This document shows, piece by piece, positions 1-12,982 of a stretch of 64,000 nucleotides of DNA. The translations under genes and the position numbers were made by a program. Within the stretch, counting starts at the first letter, position 1. Each line of letters begins with the position of its first letter. The DNA is from Aplysia californica (lineage: Eukaryota): positions 648,728 to 712,727 of the forward strand of contig NW_004797657.1 of the NCBI RefSeq assembly GCF_000002075.1, written 5' to 3'. The notes beneath the pieces were generated by a model. That model did no database searches and was not told the DNA's origin. It saw nothing but the letters and a program-made list of their open reading frames with translations.

Positions 1-836
1 CCCCCCCAGTTAAATCACACCAGAGGATACACAACACGCATAGAGTACAGCATTTAGCATAAATATTTAGTCGCAACATAAATCAATATAATTAAACTAA
101 ATAGGAGCATCGAGTTCCAATTATTTGTGGACAGTGTCAACAGTTTTCCCACCATTAAAAAAAAATCAAATCTGCACCTAGCTTAATTATATCTCACTTG
201 ACATGGACTACATAAAGCATGTCAAATAATAATAGCTCTGTTTAGTTTTATCTGTGAACCACTCTAAAAAACCTGGTAGCTTCCAAAGTTATTTGCAGAA
301 AATCAACAAACAAGAGGAATTTCGGTAGGCCTATCTACTGTGTCATTTACTCAGATGGCCCGCCTTTGTGATACAATTCTATAGTTCTAGATCTAGATTA
401 AATGCTAAAGCACAGCCTCTTTTTAAAAAAAGTTGCAATCCTCATAAGAATCCTCGGCACCGTTTCAAAGAATCAAAGATCAGCTCACACAAATCTCAAC
501 AATGAAAACTTTGAAAGCATTCAAACACCTTGGTATAATGATGTATTATAATGAATGGATTCTAGATCTAGATCTAGACCTAATTGAACAATTATGAGGA
601 ACACAGTCAGGTAAAACTCAAGAGCATATTTTTAAAAAGTTTTTAAAAAGACAGTTGTAATGCACTAAGACTAACTAGCCTACAGTGTTGCTCTAGATTT
701 TACGTGGGAGATGAATCCAGAAACGTGTTCTGCGCCGCTTACACAGTTGCTAGGCAATGGTGCCTGTTCGACTTTCTTTTAAAGAAGAGGTGTATTAATT
801 TCTGCAAAACACAGCAATACGTCCAGAATTCCCATG

Positions 837-1023
837 GTCACGTGACGTTGAGTCACGGTTGGCCTAGCCTCGGCCGAGGCGAGCCTATTTTTATTGAGGT
901 TCTGCTCCCTTACGTTTTTTTGTTTTTTTCTTTTCCTCCTGCCCCTCCCTCCCCCAGTTCCAATCCCCAGCCAATCAGAACGTTGAACACATTTTCTCGG
1001 GTAAACTAGGTCTACTATCCAAT
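837..1023 (+). promoter_or_regulatory. Putative proximal promoter of the TALE gene (E-box, AP-1 site, CCAAT boxes)
   Basis: Palindromic GTCACGTGAC 837-846 next to TGAGTCA 849-855; CCAAT at 960, 971 (AGCCAATCAG) and 1019. CpG-richer patch 120-310 bp upstream of the first ATG. Confidence 0.55.
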
Positions 1024-1146
1024 CACAGAAACTTTACAAGTTAGCCTAGCCCAACGAAGAGACAGCACGCGAAACAGCTGTATGGGCGCAGTATTTCAAC
1101 GGGAGCAGAATGTAAATCTAGGACACTTCAAGTTGGGTTCTTCATT

Positions 1147-4100
1147 ATGACGTTGTTGGAAGAAGAGTGTCCCACAGCACAGGAAAGGAGGTAGGAGACA
1201 AAGCGTACTATGACAATCTAAATAAATAGCATTGAAAGGATTTCAGTCTCGGCTACAGCTTGAAGTCACTGGTTTTCTTTCCCTTAGGCCTAGTATAACA
1301 AGCTGCCTGATCCTAGCAGTCGACATGACCGATTTAGACATGACCGCGGGAAAGGCTTGTGGCGTCCAGACCTCCGAAAAGAATGTAAGCCCAAAAGAAA
1401 ACCGCAAACAACTTACCCAAACGGTTTGCTTAGAAGTGGAGGGGCTAGACCTTAATGACAACGTCGTGTCCGAAAAAGAGGAATATATTTCTAACGACGA
1501 CTCCAGTCCCGGTGAAGGTATGCACATATCGACATCTGTTAGTGCCGTGGACGCAGTATGTAAATTAAAGCCTCATGTTGATGAAATAAAGCCTCGCGTC
1601 GTCATTAATGACGATGAGGACACAACAGTAGATCAAACAGAGTCAGACAACAAAGTCAGCAACAGCAGTTCGCAACTGGCTGTTATCAAAGTCGAAGAAT
1701 GTTCTCTTTCAGATATGAATGAGAATCAGAGTGCACACACTCCTGAACAATTTGACTCTCAGCAAAAATTTAATAGGCCTATTTCCACTTCCAGACCAAG
1801 CCCTGATGAGCCTGTTATAATTGACCTTGATGATTATAGTAGGAACAATATAAAATGTTTAAGAGCAGAAAACAATGAGGATCCTCGAATCCCGGATAAA
1901 TGCTTACATAAGTCTGTTAATGAGCCTTTTCCTTCTGATCCCAGGAGGATGACAGACAGCCCAAAATTAGATTTTTTATCAGACAAGACTGCTTTTTTTA
2001 TGATTGAACAAGATGAATCTTCACACTCTGACATTAACCATTATCTTCAAGTGCAACCATCTATTTTTTATGACAGTGACAATGAAAAATTTGATGGACT
2101 GTCAGAACAAAGAGGGTTTCATAGTCCAAACAGCCAAGCAATGCTGAAAGAATTGAATAGCACAGATGTCATTGAACCTTGCAACAATTGGGAAATCAGT
2201 TCTATTTTCTCAAATCTTAAAGAGTACCAGTATCCATTTCTGGATGATGGAAACATTTTGCAAGTCGCCCAAAACATCTCACCAACAGTCAAGTTAAATC
2301 TCAAACATGATGAACCAGAAGGGTCAGGTGTTGATAGTGGTGTATTTGGCATGTCAATTTGTGAAACAAGCTGTGGTTTTCCTGTGGAGAATATTAACAT
2401 TCCTGTAGAGAATAATGCTGACACGTCATACTTTTTAGATGAGAAAGAGCTAAAGCTGTCTTGCATTGACAGTGCTATTGGTTCAGAGAGCTGCACTGAT
2501 TCAGCATTAATGAATGAAACTGAAGGTGACAAAATTGATTCTCATTCAGTATTTCAGTTAGCCAGCAATTTTGAATATGGTATGGGGAATTTAACACACT
2601 CAACAATTTCCTCACAAGGAATACACCATCAGGCAGTTGACCCTGAGGAACAGTCGCCCAATTTGGCGTTTTTCCCCTGCAAAACAGTCGCAACTCCAGA
2701 TGATGTTGCCCTCTTCGATCCAAACAATAAATCTGGTTATTACTACAGTCAGTACCCAAACTATGACAGCTATTACCATCAGAACACATCCAATTGTCCT
2801 GCTCACACCAGTGGCACTCAGTGGGGCGCAGCAGAATTGGCAAATGACAGTCTCCTCCCAGTGTCCTCAAAGGTGAATTCTTGGTTCGCTCCACCATCTG
2901 GTAACCTCACTAATGACAGTGTAATGCCAGAGTTGGTTCAGTATTTGCCTGCCAATGCACAAGACGATGAGGAGACAGACGATGCTGATGAATTTGACAA
3001 TATCCCAGTAACATTCCCCAAAACATTTGAAGAGGATGTTCCTCAATACTTTGCCAGCCCTGGTTCAGTAGCTTCCACATCCTGCTTTAGTACTGACAGC
3101 TCTTTACTGCAAGAATACAGCCCTTCTTCTGTGTCTCAGCCACCTTCTGCTTCGAGCACGCCTGGGGTGACAGAGACTAAATCCGACCCCAACACTGACT
3201 TTTTCGGCTCATGGCATGTGCCTCAAACTGTTCTTCCGCACCTTGATATAAGCAAAACGCTCTGCCCACCTATGGCAGTACCAAACTGTTCTCTTTCAAG
3301 GGAACAGATAGATCCAAGTCTGTTGCACTTTGGTCTCAACCAGAACACGAAGCGACCGTTCCCTTCAATGGCTGATGCCATGCGCTCAGCTCGCTCATCT
3401 CGCTCTGGCACCAAAAAAGGGGTTGACAGTGACAAGCCCTATGCTCGCTCTAACGGTCGCCAGCGTAAAAACCAGATTCAGTCAGCAAAGATTTCTACTT
3501 CAACCCCCAAAAGCAAAGGGAAGAAAAAGGCCTCTGCTAAGACAAAAAGTGACTCATTGGAGCAGGCAACAAATGACGAGGAAGATAGGCTGGAGGGTGA
3601 TGAATTGGTGGCGAATCGTGCTCGTCATAATGAACCACTGAGACAGCATGCTGTTTGCATTATGCTTCAGTGGTTCTACCGAAATGTTGACAACCCCTAC
3701 CCAAGCAAAGCAGACAAAGAGGCTATGGCAAGAGAAGGAGGAATCACAGAAAATCAGGTCAGTGCATGTTTTATTTTGGGAATAATCTTATATCAACAAA
3801 ATTAAATTTTAAAGAACTTTCCAGACATCATTGGTGTTTACAATTGAGCTTTCTAACAGCATTTCTCACATCGATGAACTATGGTGTAAGGCTCCATACT
3901 TCATTTTTCAAAATGGTCTTACAATAAGCAGTTGATGTGAACTTGTCAGAATTTTATTTTGAAGGGAATTAATACTAGACAGTAACCTCAGGCTTTTTGA
4001 AGAGACCAAAAAATGTAAGGAACTACAGACACTAAGCCCCTGAAGGAAAAAAGGCAAATTATATTAACAGTAGGCCCTAGCTACAATAGGAACACTGGCA

Positions 4101-5407
4101 CCGAGGTGATGTCCCTGCTTTAGCTCAGCCGAATTCGATCACAGATTAGGGTCAAATTTACTGTAACCAAGGATGAATAAGGGATCGCTTTTATTGAACA
4201 GATTATCAACTGCCATTGTCAACTTACAACTACTGTGGGTCATGTAGATGCAATTTGCCAGGTATGATATTATTTTGATTCATTTGCTCTTTTTCTGCTT
4301 TCTTGTCCCCTTGTTTTAGGATTTTGTCGATGGTCTCGAATGCCTGCTATAAAAGAACTTTTTTACTATACCACATTAAATACACCATCGGAGATTGCAC
4401 TCTGGGATTTATTATAAGCCTGCTATAAGCCGAAATCCTGTTATAACTTCGACTGTTACTGTCATAATAATTAAATATGGGTCCCCCTGCATGTTTCCAG
4501 CAGCATAGATCTGCAGCATTTTTTTTCTTTAAATTGTTTTGGTAATTTTAAGTTTGCTAATGATACTCCGAGGAAAAAAGGTGTATTAATTTCTTTAGAC
4601 TAGACACTTACAAAATAGTATGGGATTTACACACCTATCAACACTATTACTTTATTTAAGAAGAGGCGTAACCTTTGAATGTATACTGTCTGTCTACGAT
4701 AGGTCTGTGCCTAATGGGAGTCTTGAACACCCACAAAATTACCCGAGTTCAAGAAACTCACTCTGGAATTTAAACCAGGGCCATCTGTTCCATAGTCAAG
4801 CATGATACCAAGCTAATGGAGTGCCCACACTTACAAATGAAAGTAGAATGTTTGTAATATAGGAAGTTTATGTGCTCACACTGTCACTTATTACACGGGG
4901 AGAGGGGGTTGGCTCTAATGGATTTGTATTATAAAATTTTATTGTTTTTCGGTGATAACAAAAAAAAAAAAAGAACAAAACCGTTTTGAACAACGAAGGC
5001 TTAATCACTTTTACTTATATATTGTACTTGAAAGGTCAATAAAAAAATTGTACATTAAACCCCCCCCCCCCCCCCAAAGAAAAAATAAAAAAATTCACCT
5101 TTATCTCAAAAGGTAGAGGCAGGAGCCTTAATTTCAATGCTTCAGAATTTTCTTTTTTTGTTCATTTTAAATCTTATTTTAATTGCTTCTATAATGTGGG
5201 TTTCAGGTGAAATCTTGGTTTGCAAACAAGAGAAACCGAACCAACAATACCAAACCGAAGGTGCAGAAGCGTGCCATGGAAGAAAAACTGATGGAGGTGT
5301 GCAAGGACTTGAAACGGAATCATCACAACCCAATGGCAGACAACACTCACATCATTCAACAGCTGTCAGGGATTATACAGCATTATCAAACTGCCAAGCA
5401 AGAATGA
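1147..5407 (+). CDS. TALE-class homeobox transcription factor, probably spiralian-specific (SPILE-like); ~904 aa, or ~877 aa if started at ATG 1325
   Basis: Exons 1147-1190 (tentative: ATG, phase-2 AG|GTAGGA donor and TTTCCCTTAG acceptor keep the frame), 1288-3757 and 5207-5407. A phase-0 GT..AG intron at 3758-5206 splits the homeodomain RARHNEPLRQHAVCIMLQWFYRNVDNPYPSKADKEAMAREGGITENQ|VKSWFANKRNR, which has the TALE PYP loop and WF-N core. No PBC/MEIS domain was recognised. Confidence 0.85.
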
Positions 5408-8400
5408 CCAGTGTGCAAGGCTGTTGGAGCCTTTCACTTTCAACATTTTGGTATAGCATTTATCCCTTTTTCCCTTCACTATTCCTTATGGGGATTTTGG
5501 TTATCAACTGACTTTTGATTTTGTGTTTTTGGGGGAGGGGGGTGGGGTGGATGGATAAGGTTTTTTTTGTGTGATTAAAGAATGAAAAGTATTGAAAAAT
5601 ATAGCCAACTGTTACTTACATCAGTATTTTTGAATGAGTTTTCAGTTTGTGTTTTTACATTATTGGCAATAGTTTTCAAAGTAGTGGACACAAATTAACT
5701 GCTTTCGTCTTTAGGTTATTTTTTTATGATTTCTTTCCTTAACAAAAAAAATACAATGTAATAAGATTCTTACAATATACTGTAAAAAATAATGCTTTTC
5801 AGTAAAGCTTAGGGTGTCACTTCTCGTGTCTTTTTCATTTTAATACTTTGTTGCCTCATAGTGAAGTGTTTGTGTTTGATTAATTATGATGTGATGAGTG
5901 TAACAGTGACACTCATGATCCTATGTGCAATTTTGATGTCATATCTGCCTAACCTCTGTTCTTCTCTTGATGTTAGTTGAATTTGAGAGTAATTAAATCT
6001 TCCTTCTTGATCTGTGATAATCATGTTGTATGGTAGAGAGAGTTTGCCAGGTTTATTATGTGTTCTCATTTGACTTGTTAAAATGTTATGTGGATCCACA
6101 GACATTTCATGGTTGTTTGTTTACCTTTTGAAAAATCTGGTGATTAAGACCAGGATGTTTTTTATTGGATGGAGTTGGAGAGAACTCTCAAATTTTGAGT
6201 GTCATAATATATGCTCTTTCTCCGTGCTTTGGAGAGACAGTGAGAATGAGGTGAATAAGTATGTACCAAATGGGTTTTTGAATTTCATTAGTGTTAACAA
6301 TTAACATCCTAAAAACAATTCTTTTTTTTTTCAAAAATACAAAGGGACTTGATTCATGATTGGATAAAAAGCAACAGCTTGAGTGTTAACAAGTATAATT
6401 TTTGTATTGAACAGAACATGACAATCTACTAAACAAAAGTAGCCATAGAGGTAGCAGTGTTTTCTGAAGTGCCATACTGGAAGTCTATAAGCACAGACGG
6501 AGCTAAATATGTTTGTTGTTAGTAAAGAAGTGAACATCTAATTCTAAAGGCTGAAATGAGGAGTTTCCCCAAACTCCTTACTTGCCTGTATTCAATATTG
6601 CTTGTAATGATCTCTATGGCAAATGTTTCAGACAATTTCAATCTGAAATTTAGTCTGTAGAAGGATCACACATTTTGTGGCCCAATTCTTTATAAATAGA
6701 TCTATAGACTATCCCCAGTCTGAACTTGTAAACTTATTGGAACAGGTAAAAATTTGAGTCGAAATACAATTGGATAATTTATCCGTTATAACCCTGTTCC
6801 CTCTACATTTTGTTGCTTGATCACAACTTGTTTCAGATATTTTCTCATTGGTACTGAGTTCATAAATAGAAGCACATAATTATCTCTTGGCTTGCATGAA
6901 TTATAGAAGGGTGTCATTTAAGATTCAGCTGCTTTACTAATCTTCTTTCTCATAAGGTCTTATGCTGAGTTTGAAATGATATGCGTTAATTCATGTGAAC
7001 TGTGACAATTGACTTTTTTATACATGTATATTTCCCTTCTTTTTCGGTCGATGATAAATGATGGCATGAAGTAACATGTCTATCCAAAATGCCTCACAAA
7101 AATGCAAGTTTGTTTTCAAAGTATGAATTTTTGTTTTTGAGCTTTCACAGAAGGTATTTCACATAACAACTAGATCTATGCCTGTCAGCGGGAAATAATC
7201 ATGTTGATTTCTCCGACAAGTATTGAATTTTTCCACATTTTTAGCCCCGACATTCTTTATAAAAGCATTTTGTCTGGCTTGTCTGTGTCATAATTGTAGA
7301 ACAAATTTAGCTTGGTATGTCTTTTCTTTGACAGACTGCAGTTCAGCCAAGATTTCTGGGGGGGACTGCAACATAGTTTATTGATTTCTTAGAGATTGTC
7401 TGACCTGAGGACTTTTTCAAATGTTTAATTAATACAAAAACTTATCATGTCATATTACATGTAGGCCTATATGATGGTACAGTAATTCCAGGTTCAGAAA
7501 TGCTGCTCATTCCGATTACTGTCATGATATTTGAATTGAGGACATGACTTTTGACTACTTTGTGCGGAATTTGGGTTGGTTCCAGTTTCCTTATCCAATG
7601 ATTTTCTTGAGAACCTAAATAGGTTAACTCTGAAAATGTTCCCAATATAGACTACAAATGAATATTTTATCTATGAAATCAGCTCAACTTTTTCATTGTT
7701 GATCTTTAATCAAAATTCAAAGAATATCTTTGCTGTCTTTTTTAAAGGGAAGACTATACATGATTGTATGAATAACGTACTGAATACATAGTCACCCCTT
7801 CATTGTCAAACTCATCATTGACATTATCAGGAAAGAAAAATGAAAATGAAACGCTGGTGGTTTTTGTTTTTGTCCCAGTTTGAGATTGTGCAGAATGTTT
7901 GTACAGAAAGTTCATAGTGCCCCACCTAATTAAATGCTCTTTTTGGAAATGGAGTTGAGTCACATATGTACAGAGGAGAGTAGTTGACTCTGAGAGTTTG
8001 TGGTGGGGTGAGGCAATGAAGTGGTTCAGAAGAGACTTGAAAAGACTGCTAGATCCCTCTTTTCATTTATTGTGATATTCTTGTTCTATGCAAAATTGTT
8101 TCATAATGGTCATGGAACTCAGATTTTAAATTGGTAACAAATTTGCAGAACTCAGCTCTGGTGCTTTATTGTATTTTTACTTTTAATATCCAGTTGTATG
8201 CAGAGTGCTGGTGTGTTGTATATGTGATGCTCAAGCAATTAGTTTATTGTGATATATCTTGGTTTGTCAGTCACACATTTACATGTCGGCCTTGAAGGCA
8301 CTTTGTACAAAAAATACCAAATACTGCCACCTTTGTGATATAAATGTTTGGTGCAGGCATTGTAAAATTCTTCACTCTTTTAAAAAATTGTGTTCTGGTT

Positions 8401-11245
8401 CTTTCCCCCCGCTGCTACTGTTCAGTTTTCCTTGTTTGTATAACCTTTTACTTTTTCATATCTTATTGGTGTCCATTCACTGTTACTTTCACCCTGTTTT
8501 CGAAGAGGTGATTTAAAGGAGACCCCACTTGCAAAAAAAAAAAAAGAATGTCTCCAAATGGTTTATTTTTTCTCATAGTAAATTTTTGGCTTATATTTAT
8601 CTATTCTAGAGTGCAACCACTAGCACACATACATTTAGATTTAGAACCTTGTTTTGTCAATTCCAAGCTTTACATATATTTTATATTTTTTGTCATCTAC
8701 CTGTAGATTTATGTCAAATGCTCTTTTTGCAGGGCCGGTCAGAACAAAGTGAAAAAGTATTTGTTGTCTAAACTGGCCATAAATCTTTTTAAAAAAAAAT
8801 AGTTTTGATTTAACAATAAATAAGGCATTATGATAACCTTAAGCTGAGCTAGCATTAGAGTTTGCTGTATGTTCCTATAAATACAGAAATATAAACTTGC
8901 CCTGAGACCTTATTCATCCTCCATGTTTTGTTTTTTTCTTAATGAAGGCAAGAAGGCCTTTTGGGGAGTGCTGAGTACAAAAGCTCCTCTGACCAGATCT
9001 GGTTGGGCATTTGTGAATTTGGTGACTCCGAAATGGAGAGATTTAGATCTATTGTTGTTTGTTTGATGCATTATTTCTAACTTCATTTCATGAAGTCTCT
9101 CACTTGTTGTTATTCTTCAAATTTTGAATAATTCATGAGAAAATGTACTTTTGTATTTGAAATTTACCCATATGCAATGCCATATTTTCATAAGCAAGTT
9201 TTGATTATCCCTGATTCCTCCCTTTGATTTGATGAGTCAGGATGAATGTAAATGTTTTCATTTTGTTCAATAACTTCACTTTCTAAAATGTTCCTAGCAT
9301 AGTATTTTGACTTTGTATTTGGTGGAGTACAGTGCTATGTGCATTGCTGGCTCTTCGGACAGAGAAAGCTTTTTCAAGAACATATCTTTCCTAAATGCCA
9401 ATGCTACCGAATGGTGGTTGTGTTTAAGCCTATATGAGCTAAAGAAGGTGGACAATTATTTTTCATGATAATTTTATTATAGTTGTCTACAAAACAATAA
9501 GTATATATTTTGTGTATCCAGCCATGCAATTTCAAACTAAAATGTGACAGAAAAGTAAAGCATGGAGTTGCTGAAAAGAACAAAAACAAAGTGCTCTGCA
9601 GGTGACTTTACAGATAACCTGTTTTTGAGATTGCATCAGAAGTTTTTGTGCAGCCATATTTTGTACTACATGTGTACATGTATTTCCACTGCACTCTATT
9701 GTAAAAAAAAGGCACTCTTTCTAAACGACTGCTATTACTAAGACTGCCGATCTCAAGTTGTAATGTTATGGCAGCACTGTCACTTTCAGCACCAAGCCAT
9801 TTGCTGTTAAGCAATTATTGTGTGTTTTATTTCGTCCCAGCTGTCAGTTAGTCACTCTCAAAAAAATTATTGGGCTTCTTGGTCTAGACTACCGATTAGG
9901 ACACAACATTTCAGAAGTTAAAATTGTCAAATAGCATCAATGCTTTCTTTTCTGAGGAGACATCAGGAAAGCCAGAGGCTGGCAGTCTTTCTGTAATTGT
10001 CACATTGTTCTGTATGTTTTGTTATCCTTAACAGTGCAAAATCAACCTGTCTTCCCAGTATAATTCTTTTGTAAAACTTTTTTTGTGATTTATGAAAAAT
10101 CTGGGTTTTAATTTGGTTTTGTTACATTGATTTTTGTTATCTTTTTCATGAATAGTATTCATCCTTTAGATAAAGCCTTCACTTTTCTTCTATATTAGCG
10201 AGTATTCATTATGGTTATGCTGTCCGCTGGGCAGCTTTGGCTTTGAAAATTGATATGTGAGGCAGCGTGGTGAAATCAGGCGCTCGTCAAAATAATGAAA
10301 TTGAAGATACCTGCATGTTTCCGAATGTTTGGCAATTTTAATTTAAAAATTTGTTTTTTGGCTCAACACCCTTTTAAAAACACATTTCTGTGTTGATATT
10401 CTGAAAAGCATTGGTTAAAGGCATACAAACTCTAAATTTTCAGTTTCCAAAGACTCTCAAGCTTGGGAAATCACCAAAGTTTGTCGGCCATTTTCTTGCT
10501 GAACTGAACCCCTATACCCCTGAAACCAGGAAACCCTCACCTCCTTAAGTTGCAAATATCTCCACTTTTATTCAAATGGGTATTTTTTTTCATCAAAACA
10601 TTGATTAATGAACAAGCTTTAAAACAGAACCCATACCTCTACTTGCATAAAAATTGACGAGCGTCTGATTCCACTGTGTCATGGCGCATATGTCTGTATC
10701 AAAATTAGAACATTTGTAATATTATTGTGTGTTTTTTTACCATACCATGCAGTGTCAATGCAAACAGTTTTTATCATTTGTTCATCACAAGATGTGATGT
10801 TCACATAACACCTGAAATGATTTTGTTTCCATCCTATTTTTCTCAATGGTACTTTTTTCTCTCTAAGTTTTACTTTTTAAAATGATTCACTTCATCGCTC
10901 TTTTCCTCCTCTACAGGCCAATTTCATTTCACAGTGTCCAACTATGCACTGACTTACACATGTTGTGCAAATTGAGTAACCAGAATTTTTTATATTTTTT
11001 ACAAAGATTTTTTTTGGTCATGCTTATGTGAATGACGATCCACCAAAACATTTTCAGTTTCTTGACAAACATACTGTACTGTAAGCATAGTTGTTTTCTA
11101 GGAGAATATTTCTCTGGCTCAGTTTTTCTAATTTATTTATCAGTGTAGAATACAACAATACCATGCATTTTTAACAAATTTGATCCTCACCTGAAACACA
11201 GGGTTGCTGATTTCATAATAAAATGTTGATTTCTAGTCTATATAC
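5408..11245 (+). other. Putative long 3' UTR of the TALE gene
   Basis: T/G-rich + strand skew runs from the stop codon to ~11.25 kb. AATAAA at 8815 and 11217, the latter followed by a GT/T-rich tract at 11264-11288. Confidence 0.4.
10253..10691. mobile_element. Non-autonomous DNA transposon (MITE) with imperfect TIRs, unclassified
   Basis: Left end ATATGTGAGGCAGCGTGGTGAAATCAGGCGCTCGTCAA matches the reverse complement of the right end TTGACGAGCGTCTGATTCCACTGTGTCATGGCGCATAT. Confidence 0.55.
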
Positions 11246-12815
11246 AGATCTTCAGTGTTCAAATCTTCGTTGTCATTAGTTGTATTTGATCTGGTAAAAA
11301 TTTCTTTGTGTGAACTAATGGCTGTGAACCTACTTAACATAAACTACTCTGAACCACCAATAAGAAAATATCAGTCTATCTTTCTTTTTCTCTCCTGCGT
11401 TATGTTAATTTTTGTCAAACCGAGTTTGGCTTTCCTTGAAGAAAGGCTCTGTAAGGGGAATGAGAAGCAGACCACAGTTCGAATATGCTAGGGCTCTTGT
11501 TTCTGCTTCAAAGAACCAGTACATCTCATATCTTTCAGTCAAAGTGAAACTTACACATCACACTGGAAGTCTATAAAATTTGTTCTACATGGACATGTTC
11601 CCACATATGGAGTTTGGCATGGAATTATTGATGAACCTTTGGGCTTTTTACACTTAGAATTCACATCCCCAAAAAACAAACAACATGTGAATTAACACTA
11701 AAATGCAAATTTTGTCAGCAATTTGCCAACTTTTGTCCTGTGCAATTTGAAACTCATTTTGAATGTGTGCACGATGAGTTCTCTTTGCGTACATCACACT
11801 CTTGGTAATTTTCTGTCTCTTCTGAACCTCAAACTCAGCTGTAGTGTGCTCTAATCGTCACATATAGGATGTAACTTTTTACAGAAAAAGCAAGATTTCA
11901 AAGTTGCCGTGCATCTTATCCTTAAGGTTTGAAGCTGGGACCCCCCTCATGGGTCAGGTAATCAGGTTAATAGAACCCCCCCCCCCCAACCTTTTTTGTT
12001 TTTAAAATGCTATTTATAAATGAAAAGTATTCAATCAAAGGTGATGGTGGTTTCCATGAAAAAGTTGATATATCTTATCTGATGCACATGATTTATACCA
12101 AAACGTTGGTTTTCAAGTCAACCTTAGTCTTATCCAAGCATGCATCCTATACGTGATGATTTTTTTGGTAAATGGGAGGGAATAACAACGAAGACCAAGA
12201 CCAACCAGCTTAGCCAGGACAGTTAGGCTATAAGAACAACAGAAGACAAGTCTTAACATGTCTTATGCTAAAGTCAAATCGTAATATTACCCTTTGGTTT
12301 AGCAAAAATAAACACTTCTCTGCCGCAGATGAAGCTATAGGCTAAAGCAATACTTCCGCATCAATAGCAGGTGGCTCTATAAACACATTTTTAATGGTTT
12401 GTTGAAGTTGAGTACACATCGACTTTTCATAGCATAATGTTTACACTGTCGCCAGCAATTAACATGAAGCATCCCATCGTATTTCTTTGAGATAGTAAAG
12501 AGCATGGACACTACTCTCGGGACATAAAGTTCAAACCTTTAAACCTTTGCTTGAATTATTTTTTGGTTGTAAGACTCATTTGCATGATCTTATAGACCAA
12601 AGATATGTGAACATGTTCTCAATTTTAAGAATAATAGAAAGTTAACCCATTCAAACTATATCCTGTGAATGATGCTGGTCTGTTAAAAACTCCTCACGTA
12701 GACTGAATGAAGCAGATACCCAGTTCTCAACTGGGTGGACTGTTTTCATACACTCTAAAATTCCCTTACCTCCTCTTCTCATCATAAGTTACAAAATTTG
12801 TAAGAAAGGAAAGTA

Positions 12816-12982
12816 CAATGGAGTCACTTGAACCAAACACAATTAATTCCAAACACCCGTAAACCGAAAGAAATTCATTTTTTTTCCCTTCACTATTTGA
12901 GCAATTTCTCTCAACTGAACACAGGGCTAAACCAAAGAAAACCTGGCCGTCCTGCAGAGTCCAGTTTAAGTGGATTCCACTG
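12816..12982. mobile_element. Short Tc1/pogo-type MITE
   Basis: TA|CAATGGAGTCACTTGAACC ... GTTTAAGTGGATTCCACTG|TA: imperfect TIRs with TA flanks. Confidence 0.55.

Noticed and set aside
704-1009. 101-aa ORF upstream of the TALE gene
   Set aside because: GTG start, overlaps promoter motifs and low-complexity tracts, no recognisable domain.
8513-8990. Kolobok-like TTAAAGGAGACCCC terminus
   Set aside because: No matching opposite terminus was found.
11405-11448. Frame reading PFFKESQ, resembling XPD C-terminal QPFHREDQ
   Set aside because: Wrong intron position and phase, stops after a few codons, and the intervening XPD exons are absent; treated as chance.
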